Source of the DNA: Tubiluchus corallicola
Lineage: Eukaryota > Animalia > Priapulida
Assembly: GCA_030141605.1 (NCBI GenBank)
Contig: JAQGDQ010000334.1
Coordinates: 186,001-250,000 of the forward strand
Direction: 5' to 3'
Length of the DNA: 64,000 nucleotides
Part shown: piece by piece, positions 40,667-55,002 of the stretch
How positions within the stretch are numbered: the stretch's first letter is position 1
Layout: the number at the start of each line of letters is the position of its first letter
Made by a program: the position numbers and the translations under genes
The notes under the pieces: model-generated
The model's database searches: none
What the model was told of the DNA's origin: nothing
The model's input: the letters and a program-made list of their open reading frames with translations, nothing else

Positions 40667-41250
40667 GCACGCAGTGTGAACACTTGTATGCAAACGCATG
40701 CATGTATGTTTATTTCTTTAAATGTAAATAGCCAAGTAAACTTTCTGCTTAACATATTTTGCAATTTTGAACAACTCTGGCAGAAATATTAACTGAGAAT
40801 TACATGTATGCTTTTAAAATGTATTTTTTATGAAGACATGTATTAATTTGCTGATGCTGTGATCTATGGTTCGAATGTCGTGAATGTATGTGATGACTCT
40901 ACGGTACCTGAAGTGTGGTAACAATGAGGTCTCTGTATATGGACATATATGCACGTATTGAACTGTAGTCTTTGAAAGCATATGCTGCCCTAAACCTGTA
41001 TTTCCTGCAAAAGACGAGTTTGTTCTGCAATTCTGGTTTATGTAGACAAAATACATGGAAAGATACAAACATCTGCAGAAAATATGAACACAACGATTTC
41101 TGTAAAAGTATGTGTTATCATTATTTATATTCAAAATAGAGGAAGGTACACTATAATTTCCGAAGAGTTTGTATAAATTAGAAATGTGGCATATAAACTT
41201 AAAATGCGACACACTTATCATCGTTTTTGTCTTTGCACTGTGCTTAGTTT
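40425..41250 (-). mobile_element. LINE 3'-end remnant
   Basis: Terminal ~110 bp shared with 22955. The degenerate ORF has TSLLPHFRY, resembling the RT C-terminal SLILPHY.Y. Confidence 0.55.
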
Positions 41251-42676
41251 AGTTTAGCTTACTTTCCAAAACGCCATAAATAATAAATTGTTACATACAT
41301 TACAGTCTAGATATTATTACACTACAAACGGAAGAAAAGAACTAAGAGCTGTACTAAGAAGATAGACTTGTGCAGGTCTGAGCAGAAGGCAAAACGGAAA
41401 GGAGTAGAAGGTGTGAAATAAAATAAGCGATGAGAATGAAATAACAGGGTGATGCTAAGAGTAATGGCAATGGCAAGTGAATGAGATGATGGTGAAAATG
41501 AGGATTAGATGCACATGAAAATACAGGACTAAAGAGAAGTAGATCAATCAGCTGAGTGACTGCAGAAATTAGTATGGAGTCATGCCAGGGATAATAGCAA
41601 TTTTCATTTTGGTACTTCTTCTATACTTCTTAGTTAGAACTTCTTCCTCTTCAGACTCCTCTAAAGACTGCAATACATTATACTAAGATGAGTTCATTAG
41701 CACTAAATATTATATAACTTTGCACTAGATATGACTATATGAGATTATAGATTCTATATATTTAGGTTATCATTTAATATAAAATATTCTAGACTCACTT
41801 TATATTTAAAAATGAGATGTTCACATTTGATATAATGTCGTAAAGAATTCCAAATTAAATTAAAGGGCCATAAAATTTAACAAATTGCTTATCAACATTG
41901 GTGCGAATATATATGACAATATATTGGTTATAGCGTGTATTATGACGTTTTACATTTAACTAAACAGGATTATTGAAGAAATTGGAAGACTTGGCTTGCA
42001 TAATGTAATATGCACTAGGAGTAAGGTCTCCGTAGAATAACTGGGAAGGTTAGTAAAAAAACGAAACCCTGACGTTGGCTAGCTGAATTCTCTTCAACTA
42101 TTCTGGAAAACAATTTCTCGTAGTGCTCACGATATCTTTGTCGCCATTTACGGCCATTAATATTAAAGTCATGGCTGCTAAGTCGCTTCCAAACAACTAC
42201 CGTCTGTATCAGAAGCCCTGCCGTTAAAAATATAATAAGCAGCTAAAAAACTCTATGCCGTATATAATAGTAAATTTTGATTGAGAAATCTACGCCAATT
42301 TCCAATATCTCGTTGCTTCATTTCACATGAACAAAATCTCACATTCATTAAGCAAATGAGTTTCGTGCTCGCTGAAAGACAGCATTACGGCACAAACAAA
42401 ATTTACAACGTTGTGCCCCTCGTAAACTGCGATGCTGAGAAGCGCTACAGACTTCGAGATGAAGTATTTGCTTTCTTCTACAGGAAAACATATAGTTAAG
42501 CAGCCTAGAGTCTTCAGGTGTTAAGACAGATGTTGATGTAAAAATAATCAGATTAAAGTCTGAGTGTTACGAGACATTAACGTTCTTACATGAAAATGGG
42601 AAAAAAACACGGAAATGTATCATCATAATTTGCGAAAAAATGTGATGGAATATGTGGGCAAACATGAGCTTGGCGA

Positions 42677-42748
42677 CGTTAAAAGACACTGAATATGGTT
42701 AGTAAATAGACGGGTGACCACCTGGAACACCATTTCCAGGCTTTTTTT
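42677..42748 (+). pseudogene. Degenerate 5S rRNA-derived segment (5S pseudogene or SINE3 head)
   Basis: tggttagtaaatagacgggtgaccacctggaacacc...aggcttttttt resembles the 5S 3' half (TGGTTAGTACTTGGATGGGAGACCGCCTGGGAATACC...AGGCTTT). Confidence 0.5.
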
Positions 42749-43140
42749 ATCTGCCATGTTGCCTAATTATTTACTTCGCTAATAGAGATGTACATATGCA
42801 TCTGAACTTCTGATAACGATTATTATCGTTATAATCAGATAGGTTCCCATCCCGCTACAATTATCTACACTAGGTGCTGAATTCTGAAAACTTTACAGGT
42901 AAGGCTAAAAACTATCTAAACTAATTAACTAAGCTTTTTCTAGTAGTTACTAGTACATATATAAATAATACGGTGACAACATACATGTTGGAATTATTAG
43001 TGGCACGGTTGAGGTGTATTTATAAATTTTAGGCAACAGCTAAATTACAAATTAAAATGACTAGATTTCATTTAAATACCTTTAAAGGGTTGTAGTAATA
43101 AACATTACAATATCTATTGCAAAACTTGATTGTTACTTAC

Positions 43141-43184
43141 CTGTTACATTTTGACAACATTTGCGAAACTGAGGGACTCGTCAT
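43141..43184 (-). CDS. Probable first exon of prohormone-4 (upstream in-frame ATG: MTSPSVSQMLSKCNR)
   Basis: Perfect CAG|GTAAGT donor. aaaATG plus 44 nt joins the 19 nt ahead of the 36927 ATG in frame without a stop. A CpG-rich region and TTTATAT lie upstream (~43310-43500). Confidence 0.5.
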
Positions 43185-45376
43185 TTTATAATGAATAAAA
43201 CAGAATTTTTGGTAACTGTTTGGTGTCTTGGAAAAACTGCACGTCGCTCTTCTAAAATATCAAAATTTTCTGCTGATTTGTGAAAAGCTTTGTCTAGCGA
43301 AATTTAAGACTGCGCGACCACCACGATTTTACAAGATTCCGCTGCACAGTTTTTTGCCTAGCAGCTGAAGCCGATGCTGCGCGTGAAGCTTTTGAAGCTC
43401 CTACCTGCGAGTGTGAGCGAATATAAACCGATAGCATGTGATTGATCAATGATGGTGATGTTTCCAAGTGCAACTACGCCCATCTTTCGTTTCTACGCGT
43501 TTAGAATGATGGATCTACAAGTGCGTAGATGGTGGACATTAATCAAAGACAGATTTAGCACCAGAAATAAATGAAGCTATATAAACCTTAAAGTGAAAAT
43601 TCATATACCTGTTTACAACATCGAAATTTCTGTTTTAGTTTTCCTTGAACTTAGAAAAATAGACTTACATGAAAGCACTCATTTTTACTTCTGGGGTAAC
43701 TACTATTCATCCTACAAAAAATCTGACTTGTACTCAATAATTTGATAACAAACGATTTTTGAGTCACTTTGCGTCCGAGAATGCGAAACTTACGAATTCA
43801 TTTTTGCAATTATTTATTTTGACTTACAAATCAAAACATTCAGGAATTTGCGCTCAGCATTTAGCTTATCTATGACCTCTCTCTCCAGCTATTGTGCTGC
43901 ATGACACAAAAAGTATATTTAACAAATATGTGCTTTTAGGACAGCCGTACACGATCTTCTCTGGCACTCCCAGTATTTCTGTTGGAGAATTCGCATGTGT
44001 GCTTACTGTTCATTGCACTTTCTAGTACTACTGCTAACTAATATGTAATGTTTGTGTTGTTGCAAAAACCAATCATGTTTTAAGTTGCAGATCGGCTAAA
44101 ATTAGTCAGCATTTCTAAACTCATGGGATATAAGTGGGTTGCAATATATTTACACTATTAAACGGCCTATCCCTATACATGTGATTATTTGCAAACATTA
44201 TTTGCAACTGCATCCATTATATGCAATTCGACGGAACTCTTCGGGAATTTTACGAATAAAATCACTAGCACCGATTGATATACGATTTAATAAAAGTGCT
44301 ATAACTTATAAAAATCGATACTTTATGATGAACGGAGTGGAAAATAGCAAAAACAAATATATGTACGTATTTAATCTGCAGTGAACCTTAACAGCACAAT
44401 AATTAAGGGCTTGAGCAGCTTCCGTGTCCGGATCCGGGTAAACTAAAGCCTGATATTAAATTAATTTATATTTTAATATTTACTGTGCGTCAATACTTAA
44501 TACTTGCTGCTCTGTAATAATTGATAGCCATCGTGACATCATTAACACTAGATTCTGTAATCTATCCAATATTATAATTGTTTTTTTATAGAATTTGTGC
44601 AATGTCAGCTCAGTACATTACCGTCTCTGAAAAAAAATAGATATTTTAGTCAAATAGACAGTATTTCAGAAAGTGCGATGCTTGCATTTGCTAGAGAATT
44701 TCATTGACTTTATGTTAGGGCATACTTCAGTGGATCACCTAACTTGTGCCACAGTTATGAATAATGTAATGTAAACGCTTGGCTCTTCTGGTGATTACCT
44801 GCTAGCTGCTGAAAAAATAAACTCTACACTGTGCTGCCCTAATTTATATTACCTGCCTAGTCCTATACCTATACCATGTTTGGATTACGAAAACTGTAGT
44901 TTTTATGTATACCGTTTGCTTAGTCGCGTAGATTCCAATCTAATGTGAGTATCTGAGAAATTCTCAATTAGCATTTCACTTACGATAGCATTTGATCAAA
45001 CACTAAGATCTGTTTGGATCACGTTTGAATAGAGTATGTGGCTGGTCACATTTGTAATTCATAAAAACAAACCTCCCTTGCAGGTCATATATTAACAACA
45101 GTTTAAGTTCAGCTAGGTTAGGGAGGATTAAGGCCTTTTGGTGAAACCATTTGGTGATAACACAGTCAGGCTGTGGGTCATACAATTCGACGCACTGCAA
45201 ATTGGAATCCCACATTGAGTGACAGGACCTACTTAATGCTGATGGCTGTGACAAGACTGGAATCTGGTTCATGATGAGGCACTAAACTGACAGAGATGAA
45301 TTAGCGACGTTCAGAATGTGAACAACCTCCTTCAATGAAGTGAACAGTCAGAGCCAGTATGGCGAATGAAACTGTC

Positions 45377-45683
<307 letters not shown>

Positions 45684-47299
45684 TTTAATGCAGGAGGCCA
45701 AATGCCATTTGCTGGCCAACCTTGGTATGGCTTCACTTGAGTAGCGAATTTACAGGCATGTCATCAGTTGGCTATTTAGCTCTCTCTTATGCAGGTTTTA
45801 TTCACAAAGCAACATCAGAACGAGAACACGTAAATCCAGCGCTTATATGAAAGGGGATCTAGTCCGTCATTAAGCTCACTTGTAGACTCCGTGCTCATTT
45901 AGGCATTCATATTTCATAATATATATAATCAGCCGTAAAAACTTTATTAATATTTCAAATATTTTTATTGATTTCTTTATAATTTCTTAGTTTTCTACAT
46001 ACATGACAAAACTATAAATTTAAAATTTAATGTTGTAATTGAAGTTGCAACCGTTTTTATAAAGATTTAACTTAAATTTAGAGACTAATTTTAAATAAAA
46101 TGAGCTCTCGCCTACTCTATTTTGAAAAGGCCGTCCGCCAAGGCCTACAACCAATCTTCTTCCGTTTCTTGAAGGTCTCTACAATTATGGCTACAAAGCT
46201 AAAAATGGGCCAAATACTAAATATAGTTTAAAATATAAATTTAAACTTTAATGCTAACATTTATCCACTCTTCTTAAATCCTGCAGTTTATCGCCTGATT
46301 TAACGATTTCACTGTGCTGAACGGTTGTGCAAACGACGACGTTATAAAATTTCTTATAAGGAGGCAAAGTAATAAACTTATTACTCAACACTGCATAACT
46401 AATAAGCTTAATGACGTTGGTGTGATTACACATAAACTTTACTCTGTGTCGTTTATATGCAATAGCCACGAAGACAGTGTCATTTATGAAAGTAATGAAT
46501 GAGACGATTTCTTGCGGCTCTTCATGAGTAAAAACAGTGATTTCCGGCAGCCATTCTTATCTGCGAGCTGCAGACAGGTTAATAAGTTAAATAGCAGGTG
46601 TACATAGTTTAGAATAGATAGACAGCGTCACTAATCAAATGGACCGACAATAACAGCACCAACAAGCCAAGCCAGGTCGACCTAACTACAGCTCGTCTCG
46701 GAGACATATTTTAATAACAATAATAATAACAACAACAACAACAACAACAATAATAATAATAACAATAAACTAAAAGTCTGTTACTGGTTATGGAATAAAT
46801 TATTATTCTTATTTAGTGGAAACTGTTATTGCTTATTTTTGGTCTATTGTTTCCTTTGAAATAACTTTCTTTCAAAAAATGAAGTGAACAAGTGGTCCTA
46901 CAATTACACCTACGTGCTTACGTTATTATTCAGCAAATGTAAGTAGGCGGGCAAGTATGTTTTTGAACATTCTCAAGCGAGTAAGATGCGGAATATTTAA
47001 TAAAATATGGTCTAATATACGCCGTGCTATGTAGATTTATTTTGTTCCAAGGACTACTATACACAGTGTATAGTAGTCCTTGTTTTGTTCTAATACTGAA
47101 CGAGGTTGAGATTTTATGTATATTTAAACGTTTGTACATGTACTGTGTACGGTTGTACGTCTAAATGTTTGTACGCGTGCCTTCTTTGTAATGTTCGCCG
47201 TATCTTATTTAGATTGGATTATAGGAAAATACCTAACTACTCATGAGAAGTAGTAGCTTTTAAAGCTACATTATTAATAAAGGGTAAAATTTCAACAGG

Positions 47300-47950
47300 A
47301 GAGGCTGTACAAAACAACATCTAATTTATTGGGATCAAAGAGCACTTTACACTGGTTTGTCGACTGTTGGAACGGTTCTTGTGTATCAGAGACCGAGTTT
47401 ATATAGTTCAACACTATTAATGAAGGCTGGGTCGTTGCCAATGTCAGTTATTGAGGTGTCGCCTGCAAAAAGACGCATCATACAATTGACGTCCTAAACA
47501 GTATCATCAATAAACACCGGAAATAAAACAGGTCCAAGACAGATGTTTTAGGGGCCTCAGAATTTGTAAAATGGTAATCGAAATAATTTCCATCAATTAC
47601 AACTCACTCCCTGACATGATTAGACAAATGAATCATACCATTTTAAAGCAGACTGTCAGAAATGCAAGTTTGATTTAAACAGCTTAAGCTGAGTTTGATC
47701 AATCGGTAGATTGCTTTCGCAGTTTCTTTGAAATCACTGGAGAGCTAATAATAACGTTCGTTGTCAATGTTTTTTTCACATTTTTACCGTTGACTCTGCG
47801 TAGATGGCTTCTGGGTTATAAGTGTTCTTTGATGCAAAATGAGCCATCATAAAAAACTAATAAACATTTTCAGGTCTTTACTAGGTTAGTAGAAATTCAG
47901 TTTTTATTAACAAAAATTAAGGCTTAATCATTTTTTGTCAATGAGTTCGG
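47300..47950 (-). mobile_element. Highly degenerate LINE RT fragment
   Basis: LGPVLFPVFIDD and RLFAGDT (decayed LGPLLF..YIND / LFADDT). Confidence 0.55.
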
Positions 47951-49401
47951 CAGGGACGTAGAACAAATATACTTACTGCTTACCAATATGCGTGAACTAC
48001 AGTATTATGTTATAGACAACAATACCAACATATACTGTTAATGTTTGTACTATAAATTTCCATTTGCAAGGATTACTGCAAACAAAAACAATTCGTAAGA
48101 ATCCAGCGTGTCTTATTCTTCTCCAACTCTTACTTCTCAATTGGAAAGTTGCTATTAATAAACTTTCCAGAATAAACATATAATTGTATTTTGGAAACGC
48201 ATGTAGTACAGGTATTTTCCTTTGCATGAGCTTTTTGACATACGCTCATCAAAACAAAACCATTTTTTCAAATATAAGGAGTAAACATGTCCCGTACCTA
48301 AGTCAATAATGTACACAATGCTAAAAATAGTCGTGGTAATTACCATCATAATGATTAAAAGCACGTACAATCATATATCACAGTAGTGCTTCCGAGCTCA
48401 TTTACAATAATTTGAAATTAAAATAATAATTAATAATGAAGACTGAAATAATTACTATAATTATGTTATCGTACCCAATAAACACAATTTTAAGTGAAGA
48501 CCTTTGCAACTAATGTTTGCTGCATTTTTATTATACGATCTTAAAACTAATGCATATATGCCAATTATACAGCATTATCAATAATTTATCACATAGTATG
48601 CCCTACGCAATTTTGCAAATAAATCAATACAAGCTATATGAAAGACATAGTCTCATATCTAGCTACATAGCAGCATACGAATAAGTGGAAGCATGAAAGG
48701 AGAACAGGCAAACAAAAGTAAAAAACAAGCTTTTATAAAAATAATTCACGTTTTAGGAGTCGAGCTCCACTTTCTATAAACACTGCCTAACAGATGTATA
48801 AAACTTTAAGAGGAGAAATACACATTCCAGTGATTATGTATTATAAGTAATTTGATTCTTAAAAAAGTCTGCAGCACTAGTGACCAAGCAGTAAGGTCTA
48901 CTGTAAGTAATGTATGCAAAAATTTACGCTTAATAATTTACAAGCCTTTACTAGAAAATTTAACTGTTAATACAAATGTTGTACACTACACAGCACTTCA
49001 AACAAAGTAATAAAAAGAAGGATGTTTACTTTTTGTCAGATCATGTTTTATTCTTACCGACTTAAATAGGCAGACAGCAAAAACTACTAGAGACTTGGTA
49101 AATTTCTCATCAACGTGGAATGTGAAGAATAAAGTCTTTTATGATACTACATTCACAATTTTGTTTTAATATTTATAGACCTATTACAATTCTGATAAAA
49201 AAGAAACAGCACTTGTCAGGTATAACAGTGAACACAGTGATGTAAATAAGCCACGTATAATTGTGTTTTTCATACAAGTATTTAACTGATTTTGTTATTA
49301 AGAATCACTATAAAAATTCTGCTACGTTTGGATCTTAGTGGTTGGCTACACACAGTTAAAAATAGAAATGCATGTCATGTGAACCAACTGAACAAATGTT
49401 G

Positions 49402-49527
49402 TTAAAAGTAGGTGATTGGATCAGTTCTTGTTTTTCCTTCTAGAACATTATTCAATTGGAGATCACCTTGTCCAGGTAGAGGCTTATAGACTCGAATATG
49501 TATGTGATTATCATTACCAACATGGAT
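49402..49527 (-). CDS. CSTB: Cystatin-B-like (stefin) exon 3: IHVGNDNHIHIRVYKPLPGQGDLQLNNVLEGKTRTDPITYF*
   Basis: tttattacag| acceptor, phase 0; HVG..H.RV..LP and terminal TYF* are typical of stefins. Confidence 0.95.
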   Translation of the reverse strand: MHVGNDNHIHIRVYKPLPGQGDLQLNNVLEGKTRTDPITYF

Positions 49528-52500
49528 CTGTAATAAAAAGAAACACAATTCAAATGATATTACTAATTTGGTTATTACGCTTTGTCAGATCATAAGCGAA
49601 AAAGCTGGTGCATGGCAGCAACCTCATTTTGGAGGTTCAGAGCAAAATTTTTTGGCATTTCAATACAACTAAACTTGAAAAAATTTTATGATATTTTGGC
49701 ACTTCCACCAATTGCGAATTATTTGCAAATGCAATAAATGTTGTAAAATTCAACATTCAAAAATTCTGTACAATTATTTTAATTTTAATGCGTGTTGAAT
49801 TAAAGGCTGTTAATAAGTAAACCTACTGTGTGTGGTAAAGTTGGACACTTCATATGAGCAATGTTTTATTTTGAAGTTGAACAAGGACATTTGCTAAGAC
49901 ATATTAACATATACCTATGTGAAAGTCTGTTGACTACCTAGTGTAACAAGTGCTAGTCGGTGGCTAAAGAGTGCTACTATAATTTTTATATTAACCTATA
50001 CCTATGTGAAGTTAATTATATGAACTGTGACTTTGCTATAAATCTTTGTTTCTGCCTATGTTGTAATTATTTCAATAACTTAAATAAATTCTTAAGTACA
50101 AAATTTATATTTTCTTCACTTATCTTTTTGCAAGTATCACTTTGAGCAGTTTAGTGTAAGTAATAATATTCTTTGTGTCATTTGAACTGCCAATAATTAT
50201 TTCATTCTCAGAAGTACCTGTATGCAAATCATTGTGCTACCAGTACATCTATTACAATTACGCAGGGTGGCTACAGAGTGCTACGGTGCATAAAGTTCAA
50301 GCTACAATTACGAAGAAACCCTGGAGGTGGTATGTGTCAGTTCCCAACTTCACAACAACAATTTTTTTCTGTGAGCAGTACATTTCATGCTCCCGCTGTT
50401 CACTAACTGCAAAAATAGATGATACATCTATTATACTTACTAATAGCCATTGTGATTATCATGCGTGCACACGTCAAAAGTCTAATGATGATCACAATTA
50501 TGATAACACTCATTTCCTTAACACTACCCCATAAACAAAAAGTAGACATTGTGGTGGTGATGATCAAATCACGCGTATGTGTGTGCGTGTGCATATGCGC
50601 GTGCACATTCTTAATTTAATGCTTACTGTATTTTTGTTTCAACAGTGCAGCCCACTTGTCTACAAATAGTGTAACTTCTGTGCTTTATCATGTTATATTT
50701 TTTTGCAAAATGTTAAATAAAGGAAATTGATTTATCTTTATTTTATCTCTCTCATTCTAGTCAGTTAGCTTTTCCCTGTGAAATTTCCATATGTTAATTG
50801 AATGCTAACCCTTAAAAGAAACACATCACAAGTTTCTTGTGCCTGCGAAGGTTCTGCATTCAAATTCTGGTTGAATCAGAATTTTTGTTCCAACATCTCT
50901 TTCAATTAATTCTGCTTACCTAATTGTTGTATGATGATGATGTTACATATGCAGATGTATGCCTGCGCGTGATAGACTGAAGCTATTGTTTTTATAAAAG
51001 CACCAACAAGCAGGATATACTTCGTCAATGAAGCCATACTCACGACATAATAAATGTACTATGCAGGGAGTAAATCTGCCCTCGCAAGAAAAAATGCTGT
51101 GAATTTTTTAAAGGCTACAGTAATAAATATGTGCCCTACAAAATTCATATTTCACTTACAGTTGCAAGTGACAATGACAGTTACAGCTACAAGTGACAGT
51201 TACTAGTTTTCAGCCTTAGCAGTTTTTAAGTTATGGTCGGAATGCTTTTGCATGTTAAAAAATTAAAAAAACAGTGTCACAATGCAACTGATCTAGCTCT
51301 GTTCTCAATAAAAAAGGCACTCAATTAAACCTCTTAATTATGTAAGGAGAAAGAGTATGATGGTCAAAAAGTTAGCATTTATAGTGGAACACTGGAGGTG
51401 TTTTTTTTTGTAAAAATGGGCATCATAGCCATTCTTTCTTGTCAATTTCCCCATGCTTCCCTATCAAGTCGCTTTGCATAATTTTTGGGATCTAGAAGCT
51501 GCATTTTCGATTCGGCATGGTCGAATTAATAAAAATAATTTTCTTTTTGTTTTATAACAAATCTCTATGTGAAAATTGCATGATCAGCATTTTTTCTGCG
51601 TGGTGGCCATTTTTGAAATAAAAGTAACAGAAATGGATTCCTTACTACCCTAGGTCGAGACTAAATATCGTAATTCCCACTTAATGATAATTTTCCGGGA
51701 ATTTATATTATCTTTTCGATATTGTCCATTATTTCCAAACAAAGGAAAGGAAGAATGAAAAAAGAAAAGAAAAAAAAAGAAAGGGAAAAATGAGACAAGA
51801 AAGGAAAAAGAAAAAATAAAAGGAAAAGAAAGAAAATGAGAAAAAACGAAGAAGAAACGATCAAAGAAAAAAGAAAGGAATAAACGAAGAATGCAAGGAA
51901 AGAAGCAAGGTCATACTTACAGTATAATAAATATCCACACACAGTATTCCTTTTAGTTTTATCATTAATTATGGTTAGGAGGCATTTTTTAAATGTATGA
52001 AAATGAACATTGTACACTATAGCTGCCTAATGGAGTACATAAGTTGAGGTGATTATGGGTTAAGGTTATAATTGTTGTTGTTTAATTGTTTTTGATCTTG
52101 GCAATGAACATATAAGGTGTACAAAGCCTGAAACAGCATGCCAAATTTAATTTTGGATAATAGTAATAATTTTCTATTACAAAAATGGATCAAGATTATC
52201 ACACTCATTACAATATAGTAAAATATACACAGTTTTCTTTAGGTGTAATGTCGTTTGAAGAAGTAGGGATAGTGTCAGATTTCTGGTGCTTTCTTGTTCG
52301 AGTCCAGTCACCAACTCCTAGAGCTTGGGCCTCCATAAAGATACCTGCGAGAGATAGAATTTTACGAAGCCCGTGTAGGTGATAAGAAACCCCTAAACTT
52401 CATGACGTCAAGCCCTAATTGCATTCCAGTGTAACGTCCAATTACATGACAACTTTGCGACGTCAGCATACATTTTTTCTTCGTGTTTATCGATGCCAAG

Positions 52501-53285
52501 TTGCAAATAAGACTACTTTTTAACAATTATTATAAAAATCGATTTTACTATTTATGTGTTAACTTACAATAATTAAAACCCATTTTCTTAACTCATACTT
52601 TTCAAAAATAATACATTACTCTATCAAAAGCAAACCTTTTAAGTTGAAAGCATTATCATGGCCTGATTATGCGTGCCAATGAATGCAAGACTGTCGCAAG
52701 TAAGTTTGCTCAATAGAATATAAAGTTTAGGTGATTCTGACTTTTAACTTGTTTCATAATGTGAATCGTGCCACTTTCTATCATGCTGACCTGACAACCT
52801 TAAATTAGTTGTGTACACACAAATCTACTGTACATGCATGCACAGATGGTTGATACATTGTAGCATTCTGTAGCCACCAGTAGCACTTTGTGGCACTAGT
52901 AGCTGCACCTGTAGTGACGTACATGCATCCGGAATTTTTGTGACTGTCTACATGAAAAACTATCCGATGTTTTGGAAAGCACTGTGTTTCTCAAATGCAA
53001 TAATTGCTCTTATTTGCAGTTGACATCTTAATGCACATGATGTCATCCGTAATAAAAGAACTTGCATTAAAAGATAACATAAAAACAAAAACACTGACAA
53101 CGTTACTTTTTATTTTAACTCCTTACAATTTATTTAAGGCCATCTTTTAGTACTAGAGGAAGTATTGTAAAGAGGAAGTGGCGTCACTTGAGCCAGCAGG
53201 TTTATACCTTGTCACAACTTTTGTCTCAAGTGATCCTGCTGGCACAAGTTACCACATTCTCGTGGTAGCTAAAATATTTAGGTAC

Positions 53286-53387
53286 CTTGATAAAGTAGTT
53301 CAAACCAGCGACTACTTGGGTAGCATATTGCTTTGCCATGAACTCCTTATAACTTTTGCCGCATTTTTGCTCCACAGCAGCTTTCAT
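53286..53387 (-). CDS. CSTB: Cystatin-B-like exon 2: [34 protein letters not shown]
   Basis: QVVAG active-site loop; tttactag| and |gtacct; 102 nt, phase 0-0. Confidence 0.96.
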
Positions 53388-53606
53388 CTAGTAAACAAAC
53401 AAACTTAATAAAATCTTACATTATAATGCACAATGTATGTACTGCACTGCAATAATAAAAGCATAGATTCCTGCATGGCAGACATGGAAGAAATGAAGAA
53501 CAGTTTTTACTCTGAATGTCGAGTAAAGTATGGAGAAGACAAACCACTGACAGAACACAAACCAGTAACTATAGATTGGCAAGATTGTTAATGACAAAAG
53601 CTAGCT

Positions 53607-54313
53607 CAGTAGTTTTCAACTTTTTCTGATGGTGACCCAATTGCTTTAGCTGCCCACGCATGACCCCAACCATTCCAGAGAGATGAAAATATGTATATCA
53701 AAAGGCATTTTTATAACTACTGACAAATATTTGTTTTAAAATGTTTGAAAAATGTTTTAAATAATAATAGTTAGTTAAAAGCAAGATTGTAATCAGTGAG
53801 AAGGTTGAGCTTGCTTTTCAGAGTCCACCTTCTCAATTCAAGGTGCAGCAGCTGACAATGCCAGCATCATATCCTATTCCAATTGTAGTCATTTTCTGCA
53901 CTTGTTTTTGACAACCGCCTGTTCACATAAATAGGACAAAGGATAAGGCATCAAAACTTTAGTGGCATGCCTCGTCAAGGTTGGGTATGAAAGGAGTATT
54001 TTCAGCCAGAATGATGGAGCTGGACAAGCTCCTCCTGAGTGGTATCCTCCTCACCAGAAACTGAGTTCAAGTGGAGCTTTGAAAGGGCCACGTACTACTG
54101 CAAAAGACTGCACACACATGCTCAGGAAAGTAGTATTCAAACTCTTGAACGAGTGACCGAATATGACTGCTGAAAGACTGTCCACTCCAGTATCTTTGCA
54201 GTAGGAAAGACTGCTGTTCAAACCTTATCCGTTGAGCGCAGGTAGTTACTGAAATTGTACAAATTTTTTACACAGCAAACAAAGGTTTGCGACCCCAAGG
54301 TTGAAAAACCTCG
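53607..54313. mobile_element. hAT (Charlie-like) non-autonomous element
   Basis: Termini cagtagttttcaac and gttgaaaaacctcg; 8-bp TSD agctagct at 53599-53606 and 54314-54321; subterminal gaccc motifs. Confidence 0.75.
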
Positions 54314-54581
54314 AGCTAGCTCACTGAAACATAATAACATATATTACTGCAAAGCACTATAAAGATAATTATGTAAACAGTGTATAAATATTTTAGTCAC
54401 TGGAACAACATGAAGTGAACATTTTTACAGATGCTATCAAAACACTAATAATTGGCAAATGTTTCAACCTAATACTGAGTTAGGATAACAAACCACACAT
54501 AAACTTGTGAAAATTGTGAATCAGAATTACATCTATGTGTTTAATCATTTGATGAACTTCTACTGTAAAATAAGAAATTAG

Positions 54582-55002
54582 CAATGGCGGCTCGTGTACA
54601 GGCACTGTTAAACTGCAGCACCCCCTATTTTCACTCGATATTATCGATAACATTCAATACAGTTGCGCACATGCAGCCATTCGCACATGTCCGAGATACA
54701 CTGCGCATGCTAGGTAGAAAGAGCACTGTCGCTCACGCAGTACAGACCCTGTTGTGCAAGTAGTGTTTCTTTTCGACTCAGCGTGTGTTATGCTCAAAAA
54801 CTGTACCATATCCTTGAATGTGATAAAGTGTAGAATTAAATGATTATCATACTTTCAGCTATTCTAATTAATTTAAAGTTTTTTGGTTATTTTATTTTTT
54901 GCATCCCCAAGAAATAAGTATTATTTAACACATAGTATTAAAACAACAGTAAAAGTTGTCTGAAGCAGCACCCCTACTAATCTTAGCTACGAGCCGCTAC
55001 TT
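54582..55002. mobile_element. hAT-type MITE
   Basis: TIRs caatggcggctcgt and acgagccgctactt; 8-bp TSD gaaattag at 54574-54581 and 55003-55010; subterminal gcagcacccc repeats. Confidence 0.8.

Noticed and set aside
52200-52345. Alternative cystatin exon 3 after a ctctcgcag| acceptor
   Set aside because: The in-phase reading stops after 8 codons (VSLWRPKL*) with no cystatin similarity
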